A DNA stretch of 64,000 nt from a virus: the IMG/VR virus record IMGVR_UViG_3300036884_000163, positions 1 to 64,000 of that record; one strand, written 5' to 3'. How positions within the stretch are numbered: the first letter of the stretch is position 1; each line of letters starts with the position of its first letter. This document shows positions 1 through 7,828 of the stretch, piece by piece. A model generated the notes under the pieces. The model searched no databases. It was not told the origin of the DNA and saw nothing but the letters and a program-made list of their open reading frames with translations. The position numbers and the translations under genes are program-made.

Positions 1-60
<60 letters not shown>

Positions 61-75
61 CCCAACCCCACGGGC

Positions 76-285
76 GCCAATCTCAGCGAGGCCTATCTCG
101 GCGAGGCCTATCTCAGCGGGGCCAATCTCAGCGAGGCCTATCTCGGCGGGGCCAATCTCAGGGGGGCCAATCTCAGGGGGGCCAATCTCAGCGGGGCCGA
201 TCTCAGGGGGGCCTATCTCAGGGGGGCCAATCTCAGCGAGGCCTATCTCAGCGGGGCCAATCTCAGGGGGGCCTATCTCAGCGGG
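76..285 (+). repeat. 14 tandem 15-bp units GCC(A/T/G)ATCTC(A/G)G(C/G)G(A/G)G encoding pentapeptides
   Basis: Directly visible. Confidence 0.95.
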
Positions 286-639
286 GCTGTCGGCGCAGAA
301 GTCGCCCTGGCACAGTGCGCCATCCTGCCATCGGACGGGCCAATTTGGGGATGGAAGAAATGCCGTAATGGCGTGCTCGTGAAACTCATCATTGGCGATA
401 CCGCAAAGCGCAGCCATGCCTCTGGGCGCAAGTGCCGCGCGGAACACGTAAAAGTTCTGGAAGTGATCGGCGCAGAAATCGGACTCAGTATTTTTGATGA
501 CGATGGGAAACAGAAACCAATCGAGTACCGTGTCGGCCAGATCGTGCGCTGTGACAAATGGAACGATGATCGCTGGACAGAATGCGGCGGCGGAATCCAT
601 TTCTTCCTGAATCGCGCGGAAGCTGAGGCTTATTCATGA
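76..639 (+). CDS. pentapeptide-repeat protein with C-terminal DUF5758-like domain (5' partial)
   Basis: Frame of ORF 373..639 is open upstream through A(N/Y/D)L(S/R/G)(G/E) repeats; C-terminus GWKK...KCRA...YRVG...ECGGGIHFF is typical of phage pentapeptide proteins. Confidence 0.85.
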   Translation, partial: ANLSEAYLGEAYLSGANLSEAYLGGANLRGANLRGANLSGADLRGAYLRGANLSEAYLSGANLRGAYLSGAVGAEVALAQCAILPSDGPIWGWKKCRNGVLVKLIIGDTAKRSHASGRKCRAEHVKVLEVIGAEIGLSIFDDDGKQKPIEYRVGQIVRCDKWNDDRWTECGGGIHFFLNRAEAEAYS

Positions 640-720
640 CCTCACCCAGAAAGGTGAATGCAGAGCGCCAGAGCAAAGTGAGCGGCGGAGACTAACCCGC
701 CGCAACTTAAAGGAGAAGCC

Positions 721-960
721 ATGAGCGCAGACATAACTACGTACCTTGAGCGCGTAAAAACCAAGTGTGAGGCTACAGACTTCGAGGCGGCACAACTGGT
801 AGCCCAGGTAGCCCTGCGAATTCTCGTCCAAACGCGAGTTGAGTTATGCGCGAATGCCGAAGACGTGGGCGGCGAAGAGCTGCGAGCCTTTATTTTCAAC
901 GATAACAGTGGGATGTGGGCCAAGGCCGAGGCCGCACTGGAAGCGATGGATGCCGCATGA
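721..960 (+). CDS. hypothetical protein
   Basis: AAGGAG RBS, ATGA coupling to next gene. Confidence 0.75.
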   Translation: MSADITTYLERVKTKCEATDFEAAQLVAQVALRILVQTRVELCANAEDVGGEELRAFIFNDNSGMWAKAEAALEAMDAA

Positions 961-1286
961 GCGCCACAAAGGCAGCACAGCCAAGACCGCGGATGACGAT
1001 ACGTGAGCATTTTGAGGATTTGGCGGGAGAGGCTTACGGCGGAGACATCAGCCATCTTCTCGGTCGTGATCCAGCGTATCCCGAATGGTATAAAGCTGCC
1101 GATCTTCAAGCGGCTTGGAGAGTTTTTGAGGCCGGCATAACTGATTTGCGCAACTCTAACCGGGAACTGCTCGAAGCGCTGGAGGGCCTGACTACTTATT
1201 TCGATGGTAAGAACTCATGGGATAGGCCAAGGCCAAAATTCATGATGATGGCGCGGGCCGCTATTGCGAAAGCGAGGAAGCCATGA
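957..1286 (+). CDS. hypothetical protein, ELLEAL/AAIAKA module paralog 1
   Basis: ATGA overlaps at both ends; shares N- and C-terminal DNA with 1596..1796. Confidence 0.75.
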   Translation: MSATKAAQPRPRMTIREHFEDLAGEAYGGDISHLLGRDPAYPEWYKAADLQAAWRVFEAGITDLRNSNRELLEALEGLTTYFDGKNSWDRPRPKFMMMARAAIAKARKP

Positions 1287-1528
1287 CGGACCAAGAGATT
1301 TGTTGCAGTGGATGCGGATTCCCAGCGAAAGCCGAAGAGCTAGATGCGGATGGCCGATGCGGATGCACTCCCCCAATGAAAGACATGAGGTGGGCGGTTC
1401 CTCTTGGTGATCTAGGGATTGAATTTCATGGCCCAAAGCATTGCTTTCGTCACGGAGTTCAATTGGACGAAAAACACGAATGTGCGCTGTGTGTTGCCGA
1501 AGACGAGAAGAAGGCAAGCGGCGGGTAA
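1283..1528 (+). CDS. small Cys-rich hypothetical protein
   Basis: Coupled start, CxxC-type motifs. Confidence 0.65.
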   Translation: MTDQEICCSGCGFPAKAEELDADGRCGCTPPMKDMRWAVPLGDLGIEFHGPKHCFRHGVQLDEKHECALCVAEDEKKASGG

Positions 1529-1595
1529 CCACGGAAGTCCCGCCGCAGCTTTTGCCGAAAGTCACGCCAATCAGCCCGGGATCGAAGGAGCAGCC

Positions 1596-1796
1596 ATGAG
1601 CACCACAAAGGCAGCACAGCCAAGCGCGCAGAAATTTGAGCAACAGTGCATTTATCCACTCGGCCATGAGCGGGAACTTCTCGAAGCGCTGAAGAAAATT
1701 AAACGGATCATGGCTGCGGGCCAACTTGAAGAGCGTGATATTCAATGCGTCTATTCCGTAGCCGCGGCCGCTATTGCGAAAGAGAGGAAGCCATGA
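1596..1796 (+). CDS. hypothetical protein, ELLEAL module paralog 2
   Basis: AAGGAG RBS; MSTTKAAQP...ELLEAL...AAIAKERKP. Confidence 0.7.
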   Translation: MSTTKAAQPSAQKFEQQCIYPLGHERELLEALKKIKRIMAAGQLEERDIQCVYSVAAAAIAKERKP

Positions 1797-2014
1797 GCAC
1801 CACAGCAGGAGCGTGCACTGGAGTTATTTGCCCACACTGTCAGACACGAATCCTTGAGCATGATTGTTGCGAGTCGGCCGTGGAACTTCTCGAAGCGCTG
1901 CGAAAACTTAGAAATGCAACCGTCAGTAATTCGATCACGACAGCCTTGATGGCTGAAATTGACGACTTGCTTTTCCCCGATTCCGCCATCCAGAAAGCAG
2001 AGGCAAAGCCATGA
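1793..2014 (+). CDS. hypothetical protein, ELLEAL module paralog 3 with CxxC
   Basis: ATGA coupling; ELLEAL...SAIQKAEAKP. Confidence 0.7.
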   Translation: MSTTAGACTGVICPHCQTRILEHDCCESAVELLEALRKLRNATVSNSITTALMAEIDDLLFPDSAIQKAEAKP

Positions 2015-2193
2015 CCGATCTAGCAGCCCATCTCCGCGACTTAGCCACCACTCTCGCACGGGTCGAAGCTGCGCCGGCCCTGACTCTCGAAGTTCGGGCG
2101 GAGCAAGAGGAACCGGAAGCCAACGTGGCATTCGTTGCCGCGCTTGACGCGGAAGTTGATCGGCTTTTTGAAATCGTGGACGGTCGTTTATGA
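2011..2193 (+). CDS. hypothetical protein
   Basis: ATGA coupling at both ends. Confidence 0.65.
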   Translation: MTDLAAHLRDLATTLARVEAAPALTLEVRAEQEEPEANVAFVAALDAEVDRLFEIVDGRL

Positions 2194-2369
2194 ACCACGA
2201 TCCGATTCCCTTCCCTGCAGATTTTGCGGCCGAGGAGCGCAGGCAAATGCTGGAAGACTCTCAACCCCTGAGTTGGTGGAGGGTCTTTCTTGCATTCACA
2301 ACTTCGCTCATTTTCTGGGCTGTGCTTGTTGGCTTGGCTCTCGGGTTGTACGCGAGGCTTCACCGATGA
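2190..2369 (+). CDS. small membrane protein (59 aa, not in ORF track)
   Basis: MNHDPIPF...WRVFLAFTTSLIFWAVLVGLALGLY; ATGA overlaps at both ends. Confidence 0.65.
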   Translation: MNHDPIPFPADFAAEERRQMLEDSQPLSWWRVFLAFTTSLIFWAVLVGLALGLYARLHR

Positions 2370-2659
2370 AAGGCATCTTTAGTGGCAAGGTCAACGCGAA
2401 TGTCGAGATCGGGGAATCCTCTCTCGTTATTAACGGACGCACGGTTTCCCTACGTGCGGTTGCGTCGGTTTCGCCCGACATGCTGGCTGTGCTCGAGGAA
2501 CTCTCCAAGCCGGAAGCAAGCGGCGGCGTCTATCGCGTCGAACGCTGGGTCGAGAAGGGCGAGCTGCGCGTGAGTTTGTTCAAGATTGGGCTGGCGGGAC
2601 ACGCTCTCCAGAAGGCAACCGATTTTGGGAAATATCTTGAGCGAAGCGGGCAGAAATGA
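2366..2659 (+). CDS. hypothetical protein
   Basis: Coupled start MKGIFSG within track ORF 2135..2659. Confidence 0.6.
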   Translation: MKGIFSGKVNANVEIGESSLVINGRTVSLRAVASVSPDMLAVLEELSKPEASGGVYRVERWVEKGELRVSLFKIGLAGHALQKATDFGKYLERSGQK

Positions 2660-2850
2660 GAGGCCGCTCTTGCGGAGACTGCGGCTCGTATCACGGACGC
2701 GACACCTGTCCCGTGAAGGAACTGGCGCGGAGGCAGGATCCGTATGGACTGAATCCTCCGCGTCCGACTCCGGCCATGCCGAGCGACCCAGCATCACGGG
2801 ATGCCAATGAGTACACGATTTTCCTGATTCCACCGAAACGGATTGTATGA
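2656..2850 (+). CDS. small CxxC-H-C hypothetical protein
   Basis: ATGA coupling. Confidence 0.55.
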   Translation: MRGRSCGDCGSYHGRDTCPVKELARRQDPYGLNPPRPTPAMPSDPASRDANEYTIFLIPPKRIV

Positions 2851-2976
2851 CATTCGCGGTTCGCTGCGAAACGCCGTCTCTACGAGGCGATCTCAATGTG
2901 AGGAGGGTTGCGGAGAAAGTTCGCTCGGAACCCGGGCCGGTCAGCGGTCCGGGAACTGAGTGGGAAGCAACCGAAA

Positions 2977-3588
2977 ATGACTCAAGCAACCTGTTTTACA
3001 CCGCGCGCCTGCATCCTCGCCGATCCCTGCGACCGCTGCGATGCCTGCATGGTGAACGCGCAGGAGTTACATGACACGCCAACCCCAGCAATGACCTTCA
3101 AGACCGATAAGCAGCAATCCGCCGGCCTGTGCTCTCGCGGTTGCGGCCATTCGAGTCACCGCGGGGCGTGCAAATGGCTGAAAATGCAATTTACTGGGCC
3201 GAAGAGCGATGACCCGAAAGTTATCCAGCACATTAAGCCACAGAACCGAACGCCGCAAGAGGAGAAGTTGATGGAATTAGCCCGCATCTGCCACGGCACC
3301 GAAGATCAGCCCTGCACCGAAAAACTGCATCCGCTCAACCACTCCGGCTTGTGCAAGCGGTGCTACTGGCGCCAGCACTACCGCGACAAGCACCCCGGTA
3401 AGTCATTGACACCGAAGGCTAAGCGTAAAAGTGTTTCACATGGAACACTTGGGCCGCCCTGCACAGTCCCTGTCCTGTCTCTCACGGTGACCGAGGCGCA
3501 GGTGAACACACTTCTCTTGGGCTTACCGGCGGGGAAAAAAGTGGCACTAGTGCAGGCCCATCTTGACGAGCTGGCGGCGACTTTATGA
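2977..3588 (+). CDS. Cys/His-rich putative zinc-binding protein (start uncertain)
   Basis: Several CxxC/CxxxCxH motifs. Confidence 0.55.
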   Translation: MTQATCFTPRACILADPCDRCDACMVNAQELHDTPTPAMTFKTDKQQSAGLCSRGCGHSSHRGACKWLKMQFTGPKSDDPKVIQHIKPQNRTPQEEKLMELARICHGTEDQPCTEKLHPLNHSGLCKRCYWRQHYRDKHPGKSLTPKAKRKSVSHGTLGPPCTVPVLSLTVTEAQVNTLLLGLPAGKKVALVQAHLDELAATL

Positions 3589-3707
3589 CTGGCCGCATGA
3601 ATCGCATCAACTGGAAAACTGTCCGGGATGACCTGATCGTGTTCGTGGTTCTCTCTGGGCTCTGGAGTGTCTTGATCATTGCGGGAACTCGGTTGTGGCA
3701 CAAATGA
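3585..3707 (+). CDS. small membrane protein (40 aa)
   Basis: MTGRMNRINWKTVRDDLIVFVVLSGLWSVLIIAG; ATGA overlaps. Confidence 0.55.
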   Translation: MTGRMNRINWKTVRDDLIVFVVLSGLWSVLIIAGTRLWHK

Positions 3708-3763
3708 CACCGTATTACGAACACACAGGGATCGTCATCCTGCACGGAGATTGTAGAGAATGA
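3704..3763 (+). pseudogene. N-terminal stub of an N4/N6 DNA methyltransferase
   Basis: MTPYYEHTGIVILHGDCRE* resembles the usual phage MTase start (PYY...I.HGDCRE) and then stops. Confidence 0.6.
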
Positions 3764-4410
3764 TTCGACATGATCGCAAAGTATCTTGTCCGATTTTGGA
3801 TCGGCTAGAGAAGCGGTATTCGGCCCCGCATTGGCGATTTCTGCGCGAGGTTAGAAATGATACCGGCTTCCAATCTAATCGGTCGGCGGACGCCATGGCG
3901 GTCGGAATGTATCACAGCCGTGGGCAAATCCTGATCGGGTGGGGTTTAATGTCGGTTGTGGGAAGCAAGCTCAGCATATTAAAGCGAGCGCCAAGCCTCA
4001 GCCCCAAACCGCTTGACCGTGGGATGCTTGCGGCCATCATCGAGCGATCCATTGAACAGGCTGTCAAACCTTACCTGATCTCAGAGCAAGAAAAGGACGA
4101 CAGGGACTACAGTGAGGCTTTTGAGCGCGGGAAGAATTCCGCGTCCAATGAACTCGCCCAGTTGCGCGAGTTGAAGAGCAAAGTTGAAGAGTTTGAAACG
4201 GCGAGTGGCGTGTCAATCAATCGTTGGTCGGACGCAGAGAAAATCGGAGAAGCGGTCAAGGCCGTTCTGCAACACGACAAAGTACTGCTGCACGCGAAGA
4301 ATCGCCTCTCTGTTTCATTGCGAGAACTCATCGAAGACACGGTGCCATCAATAAAGAAATCAATTGCAGCGCTGGAGGAAGTGTTCGACTTTTCGGAGGT
4401 AGCCCAGTGA
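3760..4410 (+). CDS. MmcB-like PD-(D/E)XK family protein, apparently lacking the ExK catalytic segment
   Basis: EVRNDTG...RSADAMAV...SRG...WGLM motifs; the usual GFExKxSRxD block is absent. Confidence 0.55.
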   Translation: MIRHDRKVSCPILDRLEKRYSAPHWRFLREVRNDTGFQSNRSADAMAVGMYHSRGQILIGWGLMSVVGSKLSILKRAPSLSPKPLDRGMLAAIIERSIEQAVKPYLISEQEKDDRDYSEAFERGKNSASNELAQLRELKSKVEEFETASGVSINRWSDAEKIGEAVKAVLQHDKVLLHAKNRLSVSLRELIEDTVPSIKKSIAALEEVFDFSEVAQ

Positions 4411-4742
4411 CCGCTCCGCTGCAAATGGACACACACAACGTACCCGTAACGGCTTGGGAAATAGCTCCGATCGATAATCTAGATCAAATTACGGTCTATT
4501 TCCAGGACTATGAACTCGGCAAAGGCAAGGTCACACTGGAATGTTGGGGCGGGGCTTGGAGTTCCTATTTCGGGGCCATGGGTAGTAAGACCATCCAGCA
4601 ATTTTTCCTCTCATGCGGTCCTGATTATCTGGTTAACAAACTGAGTGGCGCGCAATCTCTCAAGCAAACTAAGACTGCACAAAAATACTTAAGACGGGTA
4701 GTTGAAGCAGCGCAATCTGGACTGAGGGAGGTTCGTAGGTGA
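4407..4742 (+). CDS. hypothetical phage protein
   Basis: GGAGG RBS, GTGA coupling; LDxITVYFQD...GKxTLECWGxAWS seen in other phage ORFs. Confidence 0.7.
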   Translation: MTAPLQMDTHNVPVTAWEIAPIDNLDQITVYFQDYELGKGKVTLECWGGAWSSYFGAMGSKTIQQFFLSCGPDYLVNKLSGAQSLKQTKTAQKYLRRVVEAAQSGLREVRR

Positions 4743-5101
4743 CCGCTCCCCTGCAATACGAATTTGATCTATCTGGGAAACTCCCGGTATCTGCCCAGGA
4801 AGGCATGGCGCGCGCGGATGCGAACGCGAACGCTCGCTGGAAGCATATCTGGGATGGTTGCGTTTTGGCGGCAGCTAGAAGACTTCCAGAACTAACTTCC
4901 GATGATGTTCTTGAGGAGTTCGAGAAGCTGAAAGAGCCACCAACTACTCACACGTTGAGTGCCATCGGGCCTGCCATGAAGCGCGCTTGGAAAATGGGCA
5001 TTCTCCGGCCAACAGAGAAGATTGTTCGCAGCCAGCGCGAGGAGAAGCGCGGAAACTATCACCGCACCTGGGTCAGTAATTACTACGAGGTAGCCAAATG
5101 A
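4739..5101 (+). CDS. hypothetical protein, possible winged helix
   Basis: Coupled GTG start. Confidence 0.7.
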   Translation: MTAPLQYEFDLSGKLPVSAQEGMARADANANARWKHIWDGCVLAAARRLPELTSDDVLEEFEKLKEPPTTHTLSAIGPAMKRAWKMGILRPTEKIVRSQREEKRGNYHRTWVSNYYEVAK

Positions 5102-5682
5102 TCAGAAATTGTCTCAAGTGCGAAAAAGAGTTCACGCCGCGCCCAAGGAGAAATGCGCCCATATCTTTCGGCCTGTACTGCTCACGCCCTTGCCACTATG
5201 CCCATAAGCGATCACTGCCTCCAAAGGATTATCGCGAGAACTTCTGGGCAAAGGTCGATAAGAATGGACCACTGTGGAACGGGACACCGTGTTGGCTATG
5301 GATAGCCGCGAAAGATAAAGCGGGCTATGGCCGATTTGGCTTGCCCCGCGTTGGAAATGTCCCGGCTTATTGGGTTGCGTGGGAACTTCTGCGCGGAGAA
5401 ATCAATAAAACTCTCCAGTTCGATCATCTATGTCGGAATCGGCCATGTATCAACCCAGATCACCTAGAACCGGTGGCCCAGAAAATCAATTTGCTTCGAG
5501 GCGAGGGCTTTGCCGCAATCAACGCGAAGAAAACACACTGCATTCGCGGCCATGAGTTCACGCCAGAAAATACTCAGATGTTGAACGGATGGCGAGAATG
5601 TGCACGCTGCCGAATCATTCGCGCGTTGGCTCGAAAGCTCTGCCAAAAAGCAGACTTCGGTGAAATGCTGGCGGTCGCATGA
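5098..5682 (+). CDS. HNH endonuclease
   Basis: FWAKV...CWLW...GYGRF...DHLCRNRPCINPDHL; KTHCIRGHEF. Confidence 0.9.
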   Translation: MIRNCLKCEKEFTPRPRRNAPISFGLYCSRPCHYAHKRSLPPKDYRENFWAKVDKNGPLWNGTPCWLWIAAKDKAGYGRFGLPRVGNVPAYWVAWELLRGEINKTLQFDHLCRNRPCINPDHLEPVAQKINLLRGEGFAAINAKKTHCIRGHEFTPENTQMLNGWRECARCRIIRALARKLCQKADFGEMLAVA

Positions 5683-5725
5683 TGCACCGAATCTGGCGCT
5701 CGCTCGTGTACGGGAGGCTGAAGCC

Positions 5726-6997
5726 GTGACGACAGGCTCCCTCTTCACCGGCATTGCCGGCTTTGATGAAGGTTTGCGCCGCGCCGGTTTCACGACGCTA
5801 TGGATGGCTGAGAAAGAGCCGTTCTGTCGCGCCGTGTTGCGCACCCACTTTCCAGGAGTTCAGATATTCAATGACGTTGCCGACATTACCCGAGATTCAG
5901 CCGAAGCAGTTGACGTTCTTACCGCTGGATTCCCCTGCCAAGACCTCAGTGTGGCCGGAAAGCGAGCGGGATTGGAAGGCTCTCGAAGCGGCTTGTTCTG
6001 GGAAGTTGTCCGAATCCTGGGAGAGCTTAGGCCACCTTGGTTTGTTCTCGAAAACGTGCCCGGCCTCTTTTCTTCGGGTGAAGGACGCGACTTCGCCATC
6101 GTGCTCAACGCCTTGGATGAACTCGGGTATGGTCTGGCGTGGCGTGTGCTTGACTCGCAGTTCTTCGGAGTCGCCCAGAGACGCCGCCGTGTGTTCATTG
6201 TCGGATGTTTTGGAAAGCCATGTCCCGAAGAGATTCTTTTTGAGTCCGAGGGCGGCGCAGGGGATATTGCGGAGGGCCGAGAACCGGGGACGGATGTTGC
6301 CGGATCGCTTGCATCAGGCCCTCATGTATCTGGCTTCAATGGACAAGACGCCTACACAAACCACATTGTCGCCGGACCTTTGCAGTCAGGATTCAGTGAG
6401 CGCGGACACGGACGAGCCGGAGTCAACCAGCAAGCCGTCGAACAAGGACATATCGTCGCCCACACTCTCAGCGCAGCCAACGGGATTAAGCAATGTGGCG
6501 GACGGAGACGAGAGGACGACTTCAACCTTGCCGTTTGCAACGCACTTGGAGCAGCGCAGGGCGGACCAGACGACAACTCAGCGCAGGGCGGACCCATCGT
6601 CATCCAAGACGTGCGCGGCGGAACGCGAGATAAGACCGACAGCGGGCAAGGAATTGGAATCCGGGAAGGCGGACCAAGTTACACCCTCAGCGTCACCGAG
6701 CAGCACGCCGTCGCGTTCGAGTCTCGATTCGTGCGCAATGGACGCGGAGCACCTGACACAATCGTCCCCCCACTCAAAGCCGAATCAGGGCAAACCGGGA
6801 AGGGCGACGGATGCCCACTTGTCGCCGGTGATGTCGGTACGCCGTCTGACTCCAACGGAATGCGAGACTCTGCAGAATTTTCCAAAGGGATGGACAGTGC
6901 CCGCTATCGAGCACTGGGGAACGCGGTCACGGTCTCGGTTGCCGAGTGGATCGGCCGACGAATCATTGAAGCGGAAAGGTGCGAGGTGACCGCATGA
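5726..6997 (+). CDS. DNA (cytosine-5) methyltransferase, alpha-like chain
   Basis: Motif I SLFTGIAG, IV GFPCQDLS, VI ENVPG, VIII QRRRRVF, X RYRALGNAV; motif IX absent; GGAGG RBS before GTG. Confidence 0.92.
   Translation: MTTGSLFTGIAGFDEGLRRAGFTTLWMAEKEPFCRAVLRTHFPGVQIFNDVADITRDSAEAVDVLTAGFPCQDLSVAGKRAGLEGSRSGLFWEVVRILGELRPPWFVLENVPGLFSSGEGRDFAIVLNALDELGYGLAWRVLDSQFFGVAQRRRRVFIVGCFGKPCPEEILFESEGGAGDIAEGREPGTDVAGSLASGPHVSGFNGQDAYTNHIVAGPLQSGFSERGHGRAGVNQQAVEQGHIVAHTLSAANGIKQCGGRRREDDFNLAVCNALGAAQGGPDDNSAQGGPIVIQDVRGGTRDKTDSGQGIGIREGGPSYTLSVTEQHAVAFESRFVRNGRGAPDTIVPPLKAESGQTGKGDGCPLVAGDVGTPSDSNGMRDSAEFSKGMDSARYRALGNAVTVSVAEWIGRRIIEAERCEVTA
5871..6989 (+). CDS. overlapping +1-frame polypeptide carrying C5-MTase motif IX (beta-like chain)
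   Basis: More than 370 open codons nested in the MTase gene; contains RRLTPTECETLQNFPKGWT and LSDVLE...LSPRAAQGILRRA; AGGAG 12 nt upstream. Confidence 0.75.
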   Translation: MTLPTLPEIQPKQLTFLPLDSPAKTSVWPESERDWKALEAACSGKLSESWESLGHLGLFSKTCPASFLRVKDATSPSCSTPWMNSGMVWRGVCLTRSSSESPRDAAVCSLSDVLESHVPKRFFLSPRAAQGILRRAENRGRMLPDRLHQALMYLASMDKTPTQTTLSPDLCSQDSVSADTDEPESTSKPSNKDISSPTLSAQPTGLSNVADGDERTTSTLPFATHLEQRRADQTTTQRRADPSSSKTCAAEREIRPTAGKELESGKADQVTPSASPSSTPSRSSLDSCAMDAEHLTQSSPHSKPNQGKPGRATDAHLSPVMSVRRLTPTECETLQNFPKGWTVPAIEHWGTRSRSRLPSGSADESLKRKGAR

Positions 6998-7022
6998 CCA
7001 GGGAAAACCTGAGGCATAAACA

Positions 7023-7343
7023 GTGAAACTCGTCTCCACGCTCTCGCCCCACCAGCTCGCCGACATCCTCAATTTCCTGCTTGGCTTGCCCGTAAAGAAG
7101 GGTGTCAACGGCGGATTAGTGCGAAGAGATGGACTCCATCCCTGCTTAACATTTTCGTGGGGGATGAAGGTGCGGGCGCGGGCCGAGCACTGGGCGGAAA
7201 CAGCCCTTCGGACTCCCGATGCCTACGATGGGCGCATGGCTATTCCAGAACCTTTAGAGATTCGTCTAGGGAGGAAGCGACGGATGCCGAAGGAGTTAAA
7301 TCCATGGATCTGGACAACTTCGAGGGAGAGGCTACAGCGATGA
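7023..7343 (+). CDS. hypothetical protein
   Basis: Fills the gap, ATGA coupling to RusA. Confidence 0.5.
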   Translation: MKLVSTLSPHQLADILNFLLGLPVKKGVNGGLVRRDGLHPCLTFSWGMKVRARAEHWAETALRTPDAYDGRMAIPEPLEIRLGRKRRMPKELNPWIWTTSRERLQR

Positions 7344-7735
7344 GAACAGCTCCCACTGAGCACGAGACCCAGCAGGTGCACTTCACAGTCCCGCTAGTGC
7401 CGCCTAGCGTCAACCATTACGTCCAGCACTTTAAGGGCGGCGTGCATGTCGTGTCGGAGGAGGCGAAGGCGTTCAAGTTGGCGGTCTACATCTTCGGGCG
7501 CGACCAGCCGACTTTCTCCGGCAAGAACACTACCTACTCAGTGTTCCTTGCGATCTACCTGGCGAAAGGACAGAAGGGAGACATCGACAACTTTCCTAAA
7601 CTGATCCTGGATGGGCTGCGCGATGCCAAGATCATCCACTCCGACGCGGCAGTGATGTGCCTGCACATCGAACTGTTCCGCGATCCGGCCAATCCGCGCA
7701 CCGAGATTACGGTTGATGCGCGGCGGGCGCGTTAA
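7340..7735 (+). CDS. rusA: RusA-family Holliday junction resolvase
   Basis: PPSVNHY...DIDNFPKLILDGL...I.SDAAV motifs. Confidence 0.88.
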   Translation: MRTAPTEHETQQVHFTVPLVPPSVNHYVQHFKGGVHVVSEEAKAFKLAVYIFGRDQPTFSGKNTTYSVFLAIYLAKGQKGDIDNFPKLILDGLRDAKIIHSDAAVMCLHIELFRDPANPRTEITVDARRAR

Positions 7736-7785
7736 ACCCATGATAAATAGGGGAATATAGTTCTCGACATGCGCGGCGGGCGCGT
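7716..7785 (+). repeat. 17-bp direct repeat ATGCGCGGCGGGCGCGT (7716-7732, 7769-7785)
   Basis: Exact duplicate with a CGCG-N5-CGCG palindromic core. Confidence 0.9.
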
Positions 7786-7792
7786 ATATAGT
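7764..7792 (+). promoter_or_regulatory. sigma70-type promoter with an operator-like repeat as its spacer
   Basis: TCGACA-17 bp-TATAGT upstream of the GGAGG RBS of 7829. Confidence 0.7.
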
Positions 7793-7828
7793 GGGGATCG
7801 TTAAAGTACGAAGGCTGGGAGGCCATAT

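Noticed and set aside
76-285. 15-bp repeats varying largely at A positions (DGR-like or CRISPR-like)
   Set aside because: Ordinary pentapeptide-repeat coding; no spacers, no reverse transcriptase and no template/variable repeat pair in the window.
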